From contig JBBTQN010000016.1 in NCBI GenBank assembly GCA_038065695.1, forward strand, positions 11,738 through 75,737: DNA of 64,000 nt. The letters are read 5' to 3'. The position numbers and the translations under genes are program-made. This document shows, in pieces, positions 1 to 9,209 of the stretch. The notes below the pieces were generated by a model that was not told the origin of the DNA, ran no database searches, and saw only the letters and a list, made by a program, of their open reading frames with translations. Position 1 is the first letter of the stretch; each line of letters begins with the position of its first letter. This stretch comes from Patescibacteria group bacterium (GTDB lineage: Bacteria; Patescibacteriota; Patescibacteriia; 2-01-FULL-39-33).

Positions 1-1796
1 AAATACTGGCCGGTAATTGATTTTTTATTTTTCTTAATCTGCTCAAAGGTGCCTGCGGCGACCACTTCACCGCCGCGGATGCCCGCGCCCGGCCCGATAT
101 CAAGGAGCTGGTCGGCCGCGGCCATCATCTGTTCGTCGTGCTCCACGACAATCACGGTGTTGCCTTTGTCGCGCAATTTTCTCAAGGTTTCAATCAATTT
201 GGCGTTATCCCGGGCGTGCAAGCCGATGGACGGCTCGTCCAAAATATAAGTGACGCCTTCCAAACCCGAACCGATTTGCGTCGCGAGCCGCACCCGTTGC
301 GCCTCACCGCCGGCAAGCGTGTTCGCGCTCCTTGACAGGGTGAGATAGTTTAAGCCGACATTTTGCAAGAAGCCGATTTTCCTCAAAATTTCTTTCAAAA
401 CCTGTTTGGAAATCTTGCCTTCGCGCGAAGCGCCTTGCCATTTCTTGCCCAGGTCGGCGAAAAATTTCTCCGCTTGGTCAATATCGATATTGGTGACTTC
501 CACGATATTGAGATTATCAATCGTGACCGCCAAACTCTCGGGCTTAAGCCGCGCGCCGCGGCAGGTGGGGCAAGTGGAGACGCGCATATATTCTTCCAAA
601 GTTTTTTGCAAATATTCTGATTTGCCTTGATCGTATTTTTTGTTCAAAAAACCGATGACGCCGTCAAATTGCCTTTTTTCATCGCCAGCGTCGTAAAATT
701 CGCCGTCGCCGTAAAAAATAGTTTGGAGCGCTTTTTCGGCAAGCTCGGCCACGGGCGAATTCAAATCAAACTTGTGTTTTTTCGCCACCTGCTCCAGCAG
801 TTTAAAATTGGAATTTTGGGAAGCAAAATTCCGCGCCCAGGGCTTTACCGCGCCCTCGGCCAAAGTAAGCCGGCGATTCGGGATGACCAAATCCGGGTCA
901 AAAACCATTTTAACGCCGAGGCCCTTGCAAGCCGGACAGGCGCCATAAGGCGAGTTGAAGGAGAAACTTCTCGGCTCCACTTCAGGCAAAGAAACCCCGC
1001 ATTCGCGGCAAACATAATAAAGGTTAAAGGGCAATTCTTTATCCTTTTCCGGAAGATAGATATTGATAAATCCGTCGCCCAAATCCAAAGCCAGATTGAC
1101 CGCTTTGGCCAGTCGCTGCCATTCAATGTCGTCTTGGTCTTGCTTTTTGAGCTCTTCGGACAAAACAATATTATCAATTAAAATTTCAATCGTGTGCGCC
1201 AAATTCTTGTCCAATTTCAGCTCCCGCGCCTCGTCAATGTTATAAAAATGGCCGTCTATTCGAAGCAATTCGTAATTGGCTTTATTAATCGCTTCTATTT
1301 GGGCGGTGTGAACGCCCTTTTTGTGATAGACGACCGGCGCTAAAATTTGGATTCTTTCGCCTCCAGGCAAGCTGATGATCTGTTCCAAAATCTGCGCCGG
1401 CGTCTGGCGAGAAACCTCTTGGCCGCATTTAGGGCAATGGATGACGCCGACTTTGGCATATAAGAGTCGCAAATAATCGTAAATCTCGGTAATCGTGCCG
1501 ACCGTGGAACGCGGATTGACCGAAGACGATTTCTGGTCAATGGCGATGGTGGGAGTGAGCCCCTCAATACTGTCCACATCCGGCTTGTCCATTAAATCCA
1601 AAAACTGTTTGGCGTAGGAAGACAAACTCTCGGCGTAACGCCTTTGGCCTTCGGCGTAAATCGTGTCAAAAGCCAGCGAGGATTTGCCCGAGCCCGAGAG
1701 TCCGGTGATGACCACCAGTTTGTTTTTGGGAATATCAACGCTGATGTTTTTCAGGTTGTTGACGCGCGACCCTTTGATGGAAATTTTATCCGGCAT
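1..1796 (-). CDS. uvrA: excinuclease ABC subunit A (UvrA), N-terminal ~598 aa; C-terminal half lies beyond window start
   Basis: Minus-strand translation from ATG at 1796 reads [54 protein letters not shown]..., with CxxC zinc-finger pairs and the [22 protein letters not shown] signature. The frame is still open at position 1 (...[17 protein letters not shown]). Confidence 0.9.
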   Translation of the reverse strand, partial: MPDKISIKGSRVNNLKNISVDIPKNKLVVITGLSGSGKSSLAFDTIYAEGQRRYAESLSSYAKQFLDLMDKPDVDSIEGLTPTIAIDQKSSSVNPRSTVGTITEIYDYLRLLYAKVGVIHCPKCGQEVSRQTPAQILEQIISLPGGERIQILAPVVYHKKGVHTAQIEAINKANYELLRIDGHFYNIDEARELKLDKNLAHTIEILIDNIVLSEELKKQDQDDIEWQRLAKAVNLALDLGDGFINIYLPEKDKELPFNLYYVCRECGVSLPEVEPRSFSFNSPYGACPACKGLGVKMVFDPDLVIPNRRLTLAEGAVKPWARNFASQNSNFKLLEQVAKKHKFDLNSPVAELAEKALQTIFYGDGEFYDAGDEKRQFDGVIGFLNKKYDQGKSEYLQKTLEEYMRVSTCPTCRGARLKPESLAVTIDNLNIVEVTNIDIDQAEKFFADLGKKWQGASREGKISKQVLKEILRKIGFLQNVGLNYLTLSRSANTLAGGEAQRVRLATQIGSGLEGVTYILDEPSIGLHARDNAKLIETLRKLRDKGNTVIVVEHDEQMMAAADQLLDIGPGAGIRGGEVVAAGTFEQIKKNKKSITGQY

Positions 1797-1800
1797 ATCG

Positions 1801-1845
1801 TCGTCCCCCTCCCCTTACGAAGGGGAGGGTTGGGGAGGGGTTTAG
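1801..1845. repeat. GGGGAGG-family palindromic element (half unit): ccctccccttacgaaggggagggttggggagggg, directly upstream of uvrA start
   Basis: Hairpin CCTCCCCTT-N-AAGGGGAGG followed by TTGGGGAGGGG. The same architecture recurs at 24113-24226, 44515-44612 and 54511-54565. Confidence 0.8.
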
Positions 1846-1904
1846 AAAATAAAAAGTCAACATTTATTATATACGAAACCGTCAAGGGTGTCAAAGGGAA
1901 TTTA

Positions 1905-1950
1905 TAACCAGTAACCAGTAACTGGTAATTGGTAATTGGTAATTGAATTT
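1905..1950. repeat. short tandem/inverted word repeat (accagtaaccagtaactggtaattggtaattggtaatt)
   Basis: Direct reading. A related ggtaattggtaaatggtaactggtaatt word occurs at 41101-41130. Confidence 0.7.
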
Positions 1951-1959
1951 TTTTAACAA

Positions 1960-2340
1960 AACCTCCTCCTCCGTCATTCCCGTCCCCGCCTTCGCGAGGA
2001 TAAACTCCAGCGGGAATCCAGACTAATTCCAATTAAATCCGTGACTTTATCCTGGATCCCGGCTTTCGCCGGGATGACGGAAAAAAAAGGAGAAAAAATG
2101 TGGGACAAAAAATCCCCGCGTAATAAGACATCTTATCACGCGGGGGAACAAAAGGGGTCAAAGGGGTCAGGACTGCCCGCCTGCTTCGCTATGCGAAGCA
2201 TTGCGGGCAGGCTTGCGGACGGCCGCGAAACGCCAAAAGTCGTAGAAATCATCCCCAAGCCAGCCGAGGTCCAAGACGCGCCTAGCACTGCCCCCGTCGA
2301 GGCAGGCGAAGCGACGACCGCCGACGGCACTACGCCAAGT
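1960..2340. repeat. GC-rich hairpin repeat region (tcattcccg...cgggaatccag; tcctggatcccggctttcgccgggatgacg; gcccgcctgc...gcgggcaggc)
   Basis: Local GC is far above that of flanking DNA and several perfect stems are present. The plus-frame translation gives the repeat-derived peptide SWIPAFAGMT. Confidence 0.6.
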
Positions 2341-2877
2341 TGAGCCCAGCGCTCCGATTGGAAACTGCCTTTGAAGTTCGGGCTGGGCAGCGCCCAGAGC
2401 CAGAAGCTCTTCAATCTTGGCGGGACGATAGCCGAGTTTGTCTATCTCGGCCAGTACCTCATCGCCGTTGTTGAAATGGCGGTTGAAATGAAGAAGCTCC
2501 ACCGTCACTTCTTGTTTGCCTGTTCCAGTGATTGGGAAGTGTTCGGCGGTGATGTCCGGGTTCTCCCGGTCATACTTGCCGGCGGTAATTATGTCGGCGA
2601 GGGATTGGGTGTAATCGATGACGAGATTGTATTTCCCTGCCACATAGCGGCTGGCTTCTTCGGCCGCTTGGCGCGCCGTTTGAGCAGTAAAGATTTCCGC
2701 GACTTTGCGAGTTGTGATAATCATTTCCGCGACTCTTTGTTTTAAATTTTTATCCGTCTCTAAAAGACGCAAATCATCGTCGCTTCCGCCTGCCGCGAGC
2801 ACCTCATCGGCAAGCGCCTTAAAAACCTGAAACGCCTTGCCAAACGCCTGCAAAAATTCACTCTTTGGCTTACCCAT
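2167..2877 (-). CDS. hypothetical protein; C-terminal ~60 aa read through the GC-rich repeat region
   Basis: The ORF 2167..2916 is minus-strand. The likely start is MGKPKSEF at 2877, and there is no recognisable family. The 3' end overlaps repeat DNA (2167-2340). Confidence 0.45.
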   Translation of the reverse strand: MGKPKSEFLQAFGKAFQVFKALADEVLAAGGSDDDLRLLETDKNLKQRVAEMIITTRKVAEIFTAQTARQAAEEASRYVAGKYNLVIDYTQSLADIITAGKYDRENPDITAEHFPITGTGKQEVTVELLHFNRHFNNGDEVLAEIDKLGYRPAKIEELLALGAAQPELQRQFPIGALGSTWRSAVGGRRFACLDGGSARRVLDLGWLGDDFYDFWRFAAVRKPARNASHSEAGGQS

Positions 2878-3025
2878 CTTCTCACTCCTTATTTTTATGG
2901 CCTGCCACCTGTCCAAAGCCCATCTCCGGACTTATGGCTTACCATTATCCGCGTTAAAAGGACAACGAGTCATTATAGCAACCTTCGATAATTCTGTCAA
3001 ACTGCTATTTAGCGCATAACAAAAC

Positions 3026-3165
3026 GCGTAGAGACGTTGTGCTGCAACGTCTCCGGAGCCGTAGCATCGCTACGGCTCTACCTAACAAAACCGCCCTTCA
3101 GCGGTTTCATTGTAGAGACGCGGCGGTGCCGCGTCTCAAAAGACGCCCCAGCGGGGCGTCTGCTA
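3026..3165. repeat. cluster of five consecutive GC-rich hairpins (agagacgttgtgctgcaacgtctc; gagccgtagcatcgctacggctc; aaaccgcccttcagcggttt; gagacgcggcggtgccgcgtctc; agacgccccagcggggcgtct)
   Basis: Perfect inverted repeats read directly. They belong to the gtagagacgc...gcgtctctac family, also seen at 27728-27755, 45568-45630, 54927-54995 and 60215-60244. Confidence 0.8.
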
Positions 3166-3175
3166 CATTTTTATA

Positions 3176-4072
3176 TTACAGCCCAAATTTTTTAATATTT
3201 TCATTCGCGATTTTCTGGATTTTGGCGATTTCCGCTTTGCCGGCCGGCGAAGCAAATAAATGTTTGAATCTTTTTTGAACTTTTAAAAATTCTTCAACGG
3301 GGATTTTTTTATTTATCTTTATCCTCCCGACCAGCTCGCCGTTGACATATTCAATTATCGGATAAGATCCCGACTGAACCGCGAGTTGCGCCACCGAAAC
3401 CGTGTCTTTGGCTTCAATCCCCCAGCCCGGCACGCACGGCGTATAAATTTGTAAATATTTCGGACCCTTGATGCTCAAGGCCTTTTTCACCTTGGCCGTC
3501 AAATCCGGCAGATCGCCGACCGTGACGGTCGCCACATAAGGCAAATGATGCGCCAAAGCGATTCCGATCATATCCTTTTTAGACAAATCATTGCCGAAAG
3601 AACGCTCCCCGGCTGGAGTGGTGGTGGTATTAGCGTCCAGAGGCGTGGCGCCGCTGGACTGGTAGCCGGTATTTTGGTACGCCTCGTTGTCGTAGCAGAT
3701 GTATAAAATATTTTCGCCCCGTTCCCACATGCCGGAAATATTTCCCAAGCCGATGTCAAAAGTCGCGCCGTCCCCGCCGATGGCAATAATATTTATGTCT
3801 TTGTCTTTTTTTTGGTATTTCAAGGCCGCCAAAATGCCGGAAGCGACCGAGGAGGCATTTTCAAACAAGCTATGGATGTAAGGCGTCTTAAAAATAGTGT
3901 TGGGATACTTCGTCGTCGTCACTTCCATGCAGCCGGTGGCGTTGGTGATGATCGTGTCGGGCCCGGCCGCGTCAATTATAAGCCGCAGCGCCACGATCAT
4001 CCCGCAGCCGGCGCAAGCGCTGTGCTTCGGGGAAAAATTTCTGGATAGGGGAGATTTATATTTTTTATTCAT
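3176..4072 (-). CDS. porB: pyruvate/2-oxoacid:ferredoxin oxidoreductase beta subunit (TPP-binding)
   Basis: Carries HSACAGCGMIVALRL and GCME Cys motifs, the IAIGGDGATFDIG TPP-binding motif and YDNEAYQNTG. Confidence 0.9.
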   Translation of the reverse strand: MNKKYKSPLSRNFSPKHSACAGCGMIVALRLIIDAAGPDTIITNATGCMEVTTTKYPNTIFKTPYIHSLFENASSVASGILAALKYQKKDKDINIIAIGGDGATFDIGLGNISGMWERGENILYICYDNEAYQNTGYQSSGATPLDANTTTTPAGERSFGNDLSKKDMIGIALAHHLPYVATVTVGDLPDLTAKVKKALSIKGPKYLQIYTPCVPGWGIEAKDTVSVAQLAVQSGSYPIIEYVNGELVGRIKINKKIPVEEFLKVQKRFKHLFASPAGKAEIAKIQKIANENIKKFGL

Positions 4073-4120
4073 AAAATTATAGTGGAATAAAACTACTTAA
4101 ATCACTAACAATAGAATTGT

Positions 4121-4969
4121 TTACTTCTTCTGCTTTTGTTCGAGATAATTTTTAACTTTATTAATTGTAGAATAATCATATCCCTTCGCCTTAAGTAATT
4201 CCACGCAGACAGAAGGATCTTCTCCTTTATAATATTTTATATCATCAAAACACCTCGCAATATTAAAAGGATAATCAATGCTGTATCCTGACATTTTTTC
4301 TACACCAATACATATATTACAATCATCATTAATATTATTTTTTTCATTAAACATTTTATTCCTTTGATTTATATAATACCAAAACTGGTAAGCCGTCATG
4401 CAAGCGTTCGGATAATAGTCTTTTTCATCGGTGATTTGCCAGTCATCATAAGGCCAAGCAAAATAATCAAGATCTAATTTATATTTATCATATAATTCAT
4501 CACATAATTTCAAATCGTTAGTGGCCATTAGTTTATCATGATAAGTATTAAATAAGCACAGATTTTTATCAGCAGAAAGAGAGCACAATTCCGGCGCTGG
4601 TATGGCGGGTACGCCCAAATAACTGCCAAAAAACAACCGCCAAGCTACAAATCCGCCAAATAATAGAAAACAACAAAATCCGATGATTGAAAAAATACGC
4701 AAGAATAAATTTTTCTTTATTTCTTTTAATAATAATATAAAAAATAATATAATCCATAATACCAAACCAACGACCGCGCCAAACATAAACGAAATAGCTT
4801 GTCCGATATTAAAACCAAAAAAGTCGCCCCTCAATAAAAAAGCGCCCCCCGTATAAATAATCAAAAACACGATGAAAGCTACCAAAAATGAAGAGGAAAA
4901 AATTTCAAATTTATTTAATTTATTACGCTCCTCGGCAGAGCGCATAAGCTGATCACTTAGTTGGTTCAT
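4121..4969 (-). CDS. hypothetical integral membrane protein with Cys-rich (8 Cys) C-terminal domain; very AT-rich, inserted between porA and porB
   Basis: Three to four predicted TM helices (FLVAFIVFLIIYTGGAFLL, FMFGAVVGLVLWIILFFILLL, IIGFCCFLLFGGFVAW) are followed by a Cys-rich domain (CSLSADKNLC...CDEL...CMTAY...CNICIG...CFDD...CVEL). Codon usage is dominated by AAT, TAT and AAA. Confidence 0.6.
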   Translation of the reverse strand: MNQLSDQLMRSAEERNKLNKFEIFSSSFLVAFIVFLIIYTGGAFLLRGDFFGFNIGQAISFMFGAVVGLVLWIILFFILLLKEIKKNLFLRIFSIIGFCCFLLFGGFVAWRLFFGSYLGVPAIPAPELCSLSADKNLCLFNTYHDKLMATNDLKLCDELYDKYKLDLDYFAWPYDDWQITDEKDYYPNACMTAYQFWYYINQRNKMFNEKNNINDDCNICIGVEKMSGYSIDYPFNIARCFDDIKYYKGEDPSVCVELLKAKGYDYSTINKVKNYLEQKQKK

Positions 4970-4989
4970 ATATTTATTAAATTATTAAA

Positions 4990-6165
4990 TTATTTTCCGA
5001 CGAAAATTATTTTCTCTTTGGTTCTCTTGGATATCTCAATGGTCTTTTTTATCATCTCCTTGGTAATATCGCGACCGCCCAAACCCATGATAACACCGGT
5101 GATTTTCGCTTGGCTTTGGCCATACAAAGCGCGCTTTATCTCGGTCGCTAAAATCCCTTCAGTGCCGAGTGAAATCGATTTGTCCAGCACGGCGATATTT
5201 TCGGCCTTAACCAACAATTTAATAATTTCATCGTCCGGAAACGGCCGGAAAGCGGTGATTTTTAAGATACCGATTGTGTTTTTGTGTTTTTGTGTTTTTG
5301 TGTTTTTGTGATATTCATCCACCGCCTCTTTCATTGTCCCTAAAACTGAACCCATCGCCACGATGACGGTCTTGGCGTTTTTATCGCCATAATATTCCGC
5401 CAAGTTAAGCGGCCGGCCGAATATTTTTTTAAAATTATCCATTTCCTTTTTAATCTCCGCTTTTGAGGCGGCCAAATCATCGTGCAAACTTTTCCTGATT
5501 TCAAAATAATGTTCCGGCGTGACCAGCGGCCCGAAAGTCAAAGGATTTTTTACATCCAATTTTTCCGAGGACTGATAAGCCGGCAAATATTTTTTGATTT
5601 TTTCCGCGGCTTCAATTTCCACCGGCTCCACCACATGAGTGAGAATAAAGCCGTCCAAATTCACCATCACCGGAAGCTCCAATTTCTCCCCCACTTTATA
5701 AGCCAAGATATGTAAGTCACAAACTTCCTGCACGGTCTCGCCAAAAAGCATTATCCAGCCGGCGTCGCGCATAATCATCACGTCCTGCTGATCATTCCAG
5801 ATATTTATCGGCGCCGAAACTGAACGATTGGCGTCGGTCATAACCACCGGGAGCCGCATGCCCGCCAGATTATAAAGCACTTCAGCCATAAGCAGTAACC
5901 CCTGCGAAGAAGTGGCGGTATAAGTCCTCACCCCGGCCGCCGACGCGCCCAAAACGATGGAAGCCGCGGCGAATTCGCTTTCCGCCCGCACATATTCAAA
6001 ATCCGCCTTGCCGGCCTCGCTGTTGGGCTGGCCATCGGCTTTCAGCTTGGCCAGTTCTTCCACAATATGCGTCTGCGGCGTGATGGGATACGCAGAAACC
6101 ACACCTACGCCGATATTATTAATTGTCTCGGCAATCGCCCGACTGCCTTCTAATATTTTTTTCAT
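4990..6165 (-). CDS. porA: pyruvate/2-oxoacid:ferredoxin oxidoreductase alpha subunit
   Basis: Reads MKKILEGSRAIAETINNIGVGVVSAYPITPQTHIVEELAKL..., which is the POR alpha domain architecture. Confidence 0.9.
   Translation of the reverse strand: MKKILEGSRAIAETINNIGVGVVSAYPITPQTHIVEELAKLKADGQPNSEAGKADFEYVRAESEFAAASIVLGASAAGVRTYTATSSQGLLLMAEVLYNLAGMRLPVVMTDANRSVSAPINIWNDQQDVMIMRDAGWIMLFGETVQEVCDLHILAYKVGEKLELPVMVNLDGFILTHVVEPVEIEAAEKIKKYLPAYQSSEKLDVKNPLTFGPLVTPEHYFEIRKSLHDDLAASKAEIKKEMDNFKKIFGRPLNLAEYYGDKNAKTVIVAMGSVLGTMKEAVDEYHKNTKTQKHKNTIGILKITAFRPFPDDEIIKLLVKAENIAVLDKSISLGTEGILATEIKRALYGQSQAKITGVIMGLGGRDITKEMIKKTIEISKRTKEKIIFVGK
5275..5310. repeat. 8-bp microsatellite (gtgttttt)x~4.5 inside porA coding sequence (encodes KNTKTQKHKNT in frame)
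   Basis: Direct reading of tgtgtttttgtgtttttgtgtttttgtgtttttgtg. Confidence 0.85.
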
Positions 6166-6177
6166 AAACCAAAAAGA

Positions 6178-7209
6178 TTAATACTTTATATACGCCTTTA
6201 CTAAGTCTTCATCTCCTCCGGCATTAATAAATTCTTGTAAACGCGGATCGTCCGAAAGATTATATTTTTTTCTGAAATCAATAATCGCCTTCGCTTGATT
6301 GATATCTTTTTTATTTTCAAAGTCGGCTAAATCGCGGAAACAGTCTCGTCCCAATGAATTGATTAATTTCGCCGTTGGTTTCAACCTGGCGGAAAAATAA
6401 GGCCTGACCAAATCGTAATAAACCTGATTTTGATCATCGAATTTATCATGATTCAATTCATATATTTTCTCCACCATATCGGAAAACAGCCGTGATAAAA
6501 ATTCATACTCCGAGTTTCCTTCACTGATCACGATCATCCCCTCTTCAATCTCTTCGGCTGAAAGCAACCTTTTGTCGCGTTCAATCGCCAACTCGCGATA
6601 TTTAGGATGCTGGCGAATATTATTCCTAAAAAAATCAACATTCAATCTGTCGGTGATCATCTCGTCCCAGCCCTTAAAATGAAATTCCTCTTTTTCTTCC
6701 ACTGGTTTCCCATGTCTTATACTCCAACCTTGTCGTAATTGATCTCTTATTTCTATCGTGTCATCGGTGGCGACAATATAATGTTTCGTGACCGCGTAAA
6801 GATGAAGAAATTCATGAGTTAAAATGTCCAATATCGCGAGTAAGTTATTTTTTTGTTCCTTTAAAAACTCTTCACAGATAAAAATACCTTGATTATTGCA
6901 AAACGCCGGATTGACTTCGTAATCCCTATTATAATTTTTCTCACATAAATCTCGGGGTAAAATATGAATCATGGATGGAGTTATTTCAATCGGCTCAATT
7001 TCAATTTGTCTTTTAATAGTTTCTCTTAATTCAAGTGCCAGCCATTCTATGTGATTTACTAGTTCCGGTGATTTCTCCACTTCGCCCTCAACGGTCATTT
7101 CTAAAAAATCTTTGAAGTCAGCTGAAACTACCTCATTATCTTCTCCCTCAAGCGGCCTCTTGCTTGAATCGACAAAATATAAATTTTTTTCAAGTTTGCC
7201 TTCGGGCAT
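6178..7209 (-). CDS. HExxH-motif protein, paralog A of tandem triplet (putative zincin-like metallohydrolase, unknown family)
   Basis: Carries HEFLH and a C-terminal IIDFRKKYNLSDD, and shares GEVEKSPEL...IHILP motifs with the neighbouring paralogs. Confidence 0.7.
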   Translation of the reverse strand: MPEGKLEKNLYFVDSSKRPLEGEDNEVVSADFKDFLEMTVEGEVEKSPELVNHIEWLALELRETIKRQIEIEPIEITPSMIHILPRDLCEKNYNRDYEVNPAFCNNQGIFICEEFLKEQKNNLLAILDILTHEFLHLYAVTKHYIVATDDTIEIRDQLRQGWSIRHGKPVEEKEEFHFKGWDEMITDRLNVDFFRNNIRQHPKYRELAIERDKRLLSAEEIEEGMIVISEGNSEYEFLSRLFSDMVEKIYELNHDKFDDQNQVYYDLVRPYFSARLKPTAKLINSLGRDCFRDLADFENKKDINQAKAIIDFRKKYNLSDDPRLQEFINAGGDEDLVKAYIKY

Positions 7210-7231
7210 ATAAATTATCCGCCGAAATTAT

Positions 7232-8245
7232 TTATTTCTTAATCATTTTTAACGCTTGCTCAATATTTTTATCCTCCGGCAAGCCGTATTTTTTTCTAAA
7301 ATTGATGATTTGATGAAGAGTATCATCCCCTTCAACTAAGTCGATATTAGCCAAATCAGTGAAGGCGCCATCACCTAATTTCCTTATCAATTTTCCCGCC
7401 CCAGGTAAATCGCCATTAAAATAATGATAAAAAAATTTGTTTCTCACTTCTAAATCATCTTCAAAATCATCTTGATGGCGTTTATAAATCGATTCATATA
7501 AATCTTTGAATAACGACTCTAAAAAATAATAAACACCAGAGAATCGGTTAGGAAGAACTGTTTTTCCTTCTTCTTTTTGTTTAGTGGTTAATTTTTTTTC
7601 CAATTGCTCTACCTGTTCAGCAAAACGCGGATCTTTAGATATCTTTCGAATATATATCAATCTGGTTAAATATTGCGTGATCGCTTCATTTAGCCCAAAG
7701 AATAAACGACGCGACTTTTTCACATCTTGGTAGGTGGCTCCATATCCGACAGCATAACCTTTTTGATATGGTCTAACATGGACTCGGCCTTCTTGATCAA
7801 TAAATTGAGAAAACTTATGAACCGAGGATTGATGTAAAAATTCATGTACTAATAAAAGTATTTTTTCTAATTCACTAACTTTATTATCCTTCAACTTATC
7901 AGCATCTAACCAAATACCAAAATCGGTTGCTGTAAAGGTTGGAATTCTTTCGGGATTATGAGAGCTAAAGATAGATAGAAGAGTGTCGTGAGGTAATAGG
8001 TGTACTAAATTTCTGTCGTTAAAAACATTAACTTCAACACCGAATTCTCTCGCCTCATTATGGACAATCTTTCTGGCTGAATCAATGAGCTCGGAAAGTT
8101 CTTTAGACTTTTCCAACTCTTTTTCCTTAACAAATTCAGAAACAATAGTATAATTACTATCTTCTTTCATTGGATTATTAAAGTCAGCCCCTTCATCTGA
8201 CTTTTCATTTTTAATAAAAATGTTTTTTCTTAATCCTTCAGACAT
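7232..8245 (-). CDS. HExxH-motif protein, paralog B of tandem triplet
   Basis: Carries LVHEFLHQSSV, GLNEAITQYLT and INFRKKYGLPED. The ORF track starts at 8305, but the Met at 8245 avoids overlap with paralog C. Confidence 0.65.
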   Translation of the reverse strand: MSEGLRKNIFIKNEKSDEGADFNNPMKEDSNYTIVSEFVKEKELEKSKELSELIDSARKIVHNEAREFGVEVNVFNDRNLVHLLPHDTLLSIFSSHNPERIPTFTATDFGIWLDADKLKDNKVSELEKILLLVHEFLHQSSVHKFSQFIDQEGRVHVRPYQKGYAVGYGATYQDVKKSRRLFFGLNEAITQYLTRLIYIRKISKDPRFAEQVEQLEKKLTTKQKEEGKTVLPNRFSGVYYFLESLFKDLYESIYKRHQDDFEDDLEVRNKFFYHYFNGDLPGAGKLIRKLGDGAFTDLANIDLVEGDDTLHQIINFRKKYGLPEDKNIEQALKMIKK

Positions 8246-8264
8246 ATTATTTTTTAAACAATTT

Positions 8265-9209
8265 TTAAATCTTTTCCTTAAGCAATCCTTTTTCAGAATA
8301 TTCAATTCTACCAGTTAATATTTCATCTTCCGGCAAGCCGTACTTTTCTCGGAAAGCCGCGATTTGTTTTAATGTCTCAAGAGAGTCATCTGGTTTTAAT
8401 CGGGAAATATCAAGATAACTGTGGGGATTTAGGATCGCAAAAAGAGGCAACAGCGAACCGCCTGAAAAATAAGATTTTACCATTTCCTTAATCACTTCAT
8501 CTTTGTCTTGATATTTATCTTGATTAACTTCTCTTAATTTTTCGGCTAAATCATCAAGTAATCTTTCCAAATAGTCATAACCGCGCGGTCCCGGTATCTC
8601 TTTTTCTTTCGCTGCTCCTTCTTCCTGGTTTTGGATATGATCCCGATAAAATTTTTTTGTCAAATATTGAGTAATTGTTTCATTTAAACCGCCAAAACAC
8701 ATTTCGGTTTTTGATAAATCGGCATAACCGCCTCTTTTTACCGACAAACCAGCATAAAAATCAAATTTTTTCTCCTCATCTTCCAAATAGGCAAGTTTTG
8801 TTATTGATGCTTGATGGAATAATTCATGAATCACGGCAATGAGTGAATCAATATCGACCGTCTTAAAAAATTTTTCATTCAATAAAATGCCGCGATTTGT
8901 GTGAGTGCCATAAATATTTTCATGAAGAGGCCGTTTTACATACGCCCGAAGTTTTTCTTCCGGCAAAAAATGGACGATATCAGCCGTAAGATTAAACGGC
9001 TCCACCCCGTATTCGGCGGCTATCTCGCGAATCTTTTCTGTCAACCAATCAATCTTTTCCGACCATTCCGGAGATTTCTCTATCTCTCCTTCAAATGGAC
9101 GGCTCTGACACTCACTTAATTCTTTTTTTAAATCGTCTTCTTTTTCTTTGGAAACCTGCTTTTGTTCCTTGCCGCGGAAAAAAATATTTTCTTTTAAGAT
9201 TTGTCTCAT
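8265..9209 (-). CDS. HExxH-motif protein, paralog C of tandem triplet; start overlaps porG stop (ATGA)
   Basis: Carries VIHELFHQASITK, GLNETITQYLT and AAFREKYGLPEDE. Its ATG at 9209-9207 overlaps the porG TGA at 9208-9206. Confidence 0.7.
   Translation of the reverse strand: MRQILKENIFFRGKEQKQVSKEKEDDLKKELSECQSRPFEGEIEKSPEWSEKIDWLTEKIREIAAEYGVEPFNLTADIVHFLPEEKLRAYVKRPLHENIYGTHTNRGILLNEKFFKTVDIDSLIAVIHELFHQASITKLAYLEDEEKKFDFYAGLSVKRGGYADLSKTEMCFGGLNETITQYLTKKFYRDHIQNQEEGAAKEKEIPGPRGYDYLERLLDDLAEKLREVNQDKYQDKDEVIKEMVKSYFSGGSLLPLFAILNPHSYLDISRLKPDDSLETLKQIAAFREKYGLPEDEILTGRIEYSEKGLLKEKI

Noticed and set aside
2041-2343. Plus-strand ORF translating to MTLSWIPAFAGMTEKK...
   Set aside because: The SWIPAFAGMT peptide is the well-known translation of a GC-rich hairpin repeat (tcctggatcccggctttcgccgggatgacg). 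The ORF lies wholly in repeat DNA and is antisense to the hypothetical gene's C-terminus, so it is treated as spurious.
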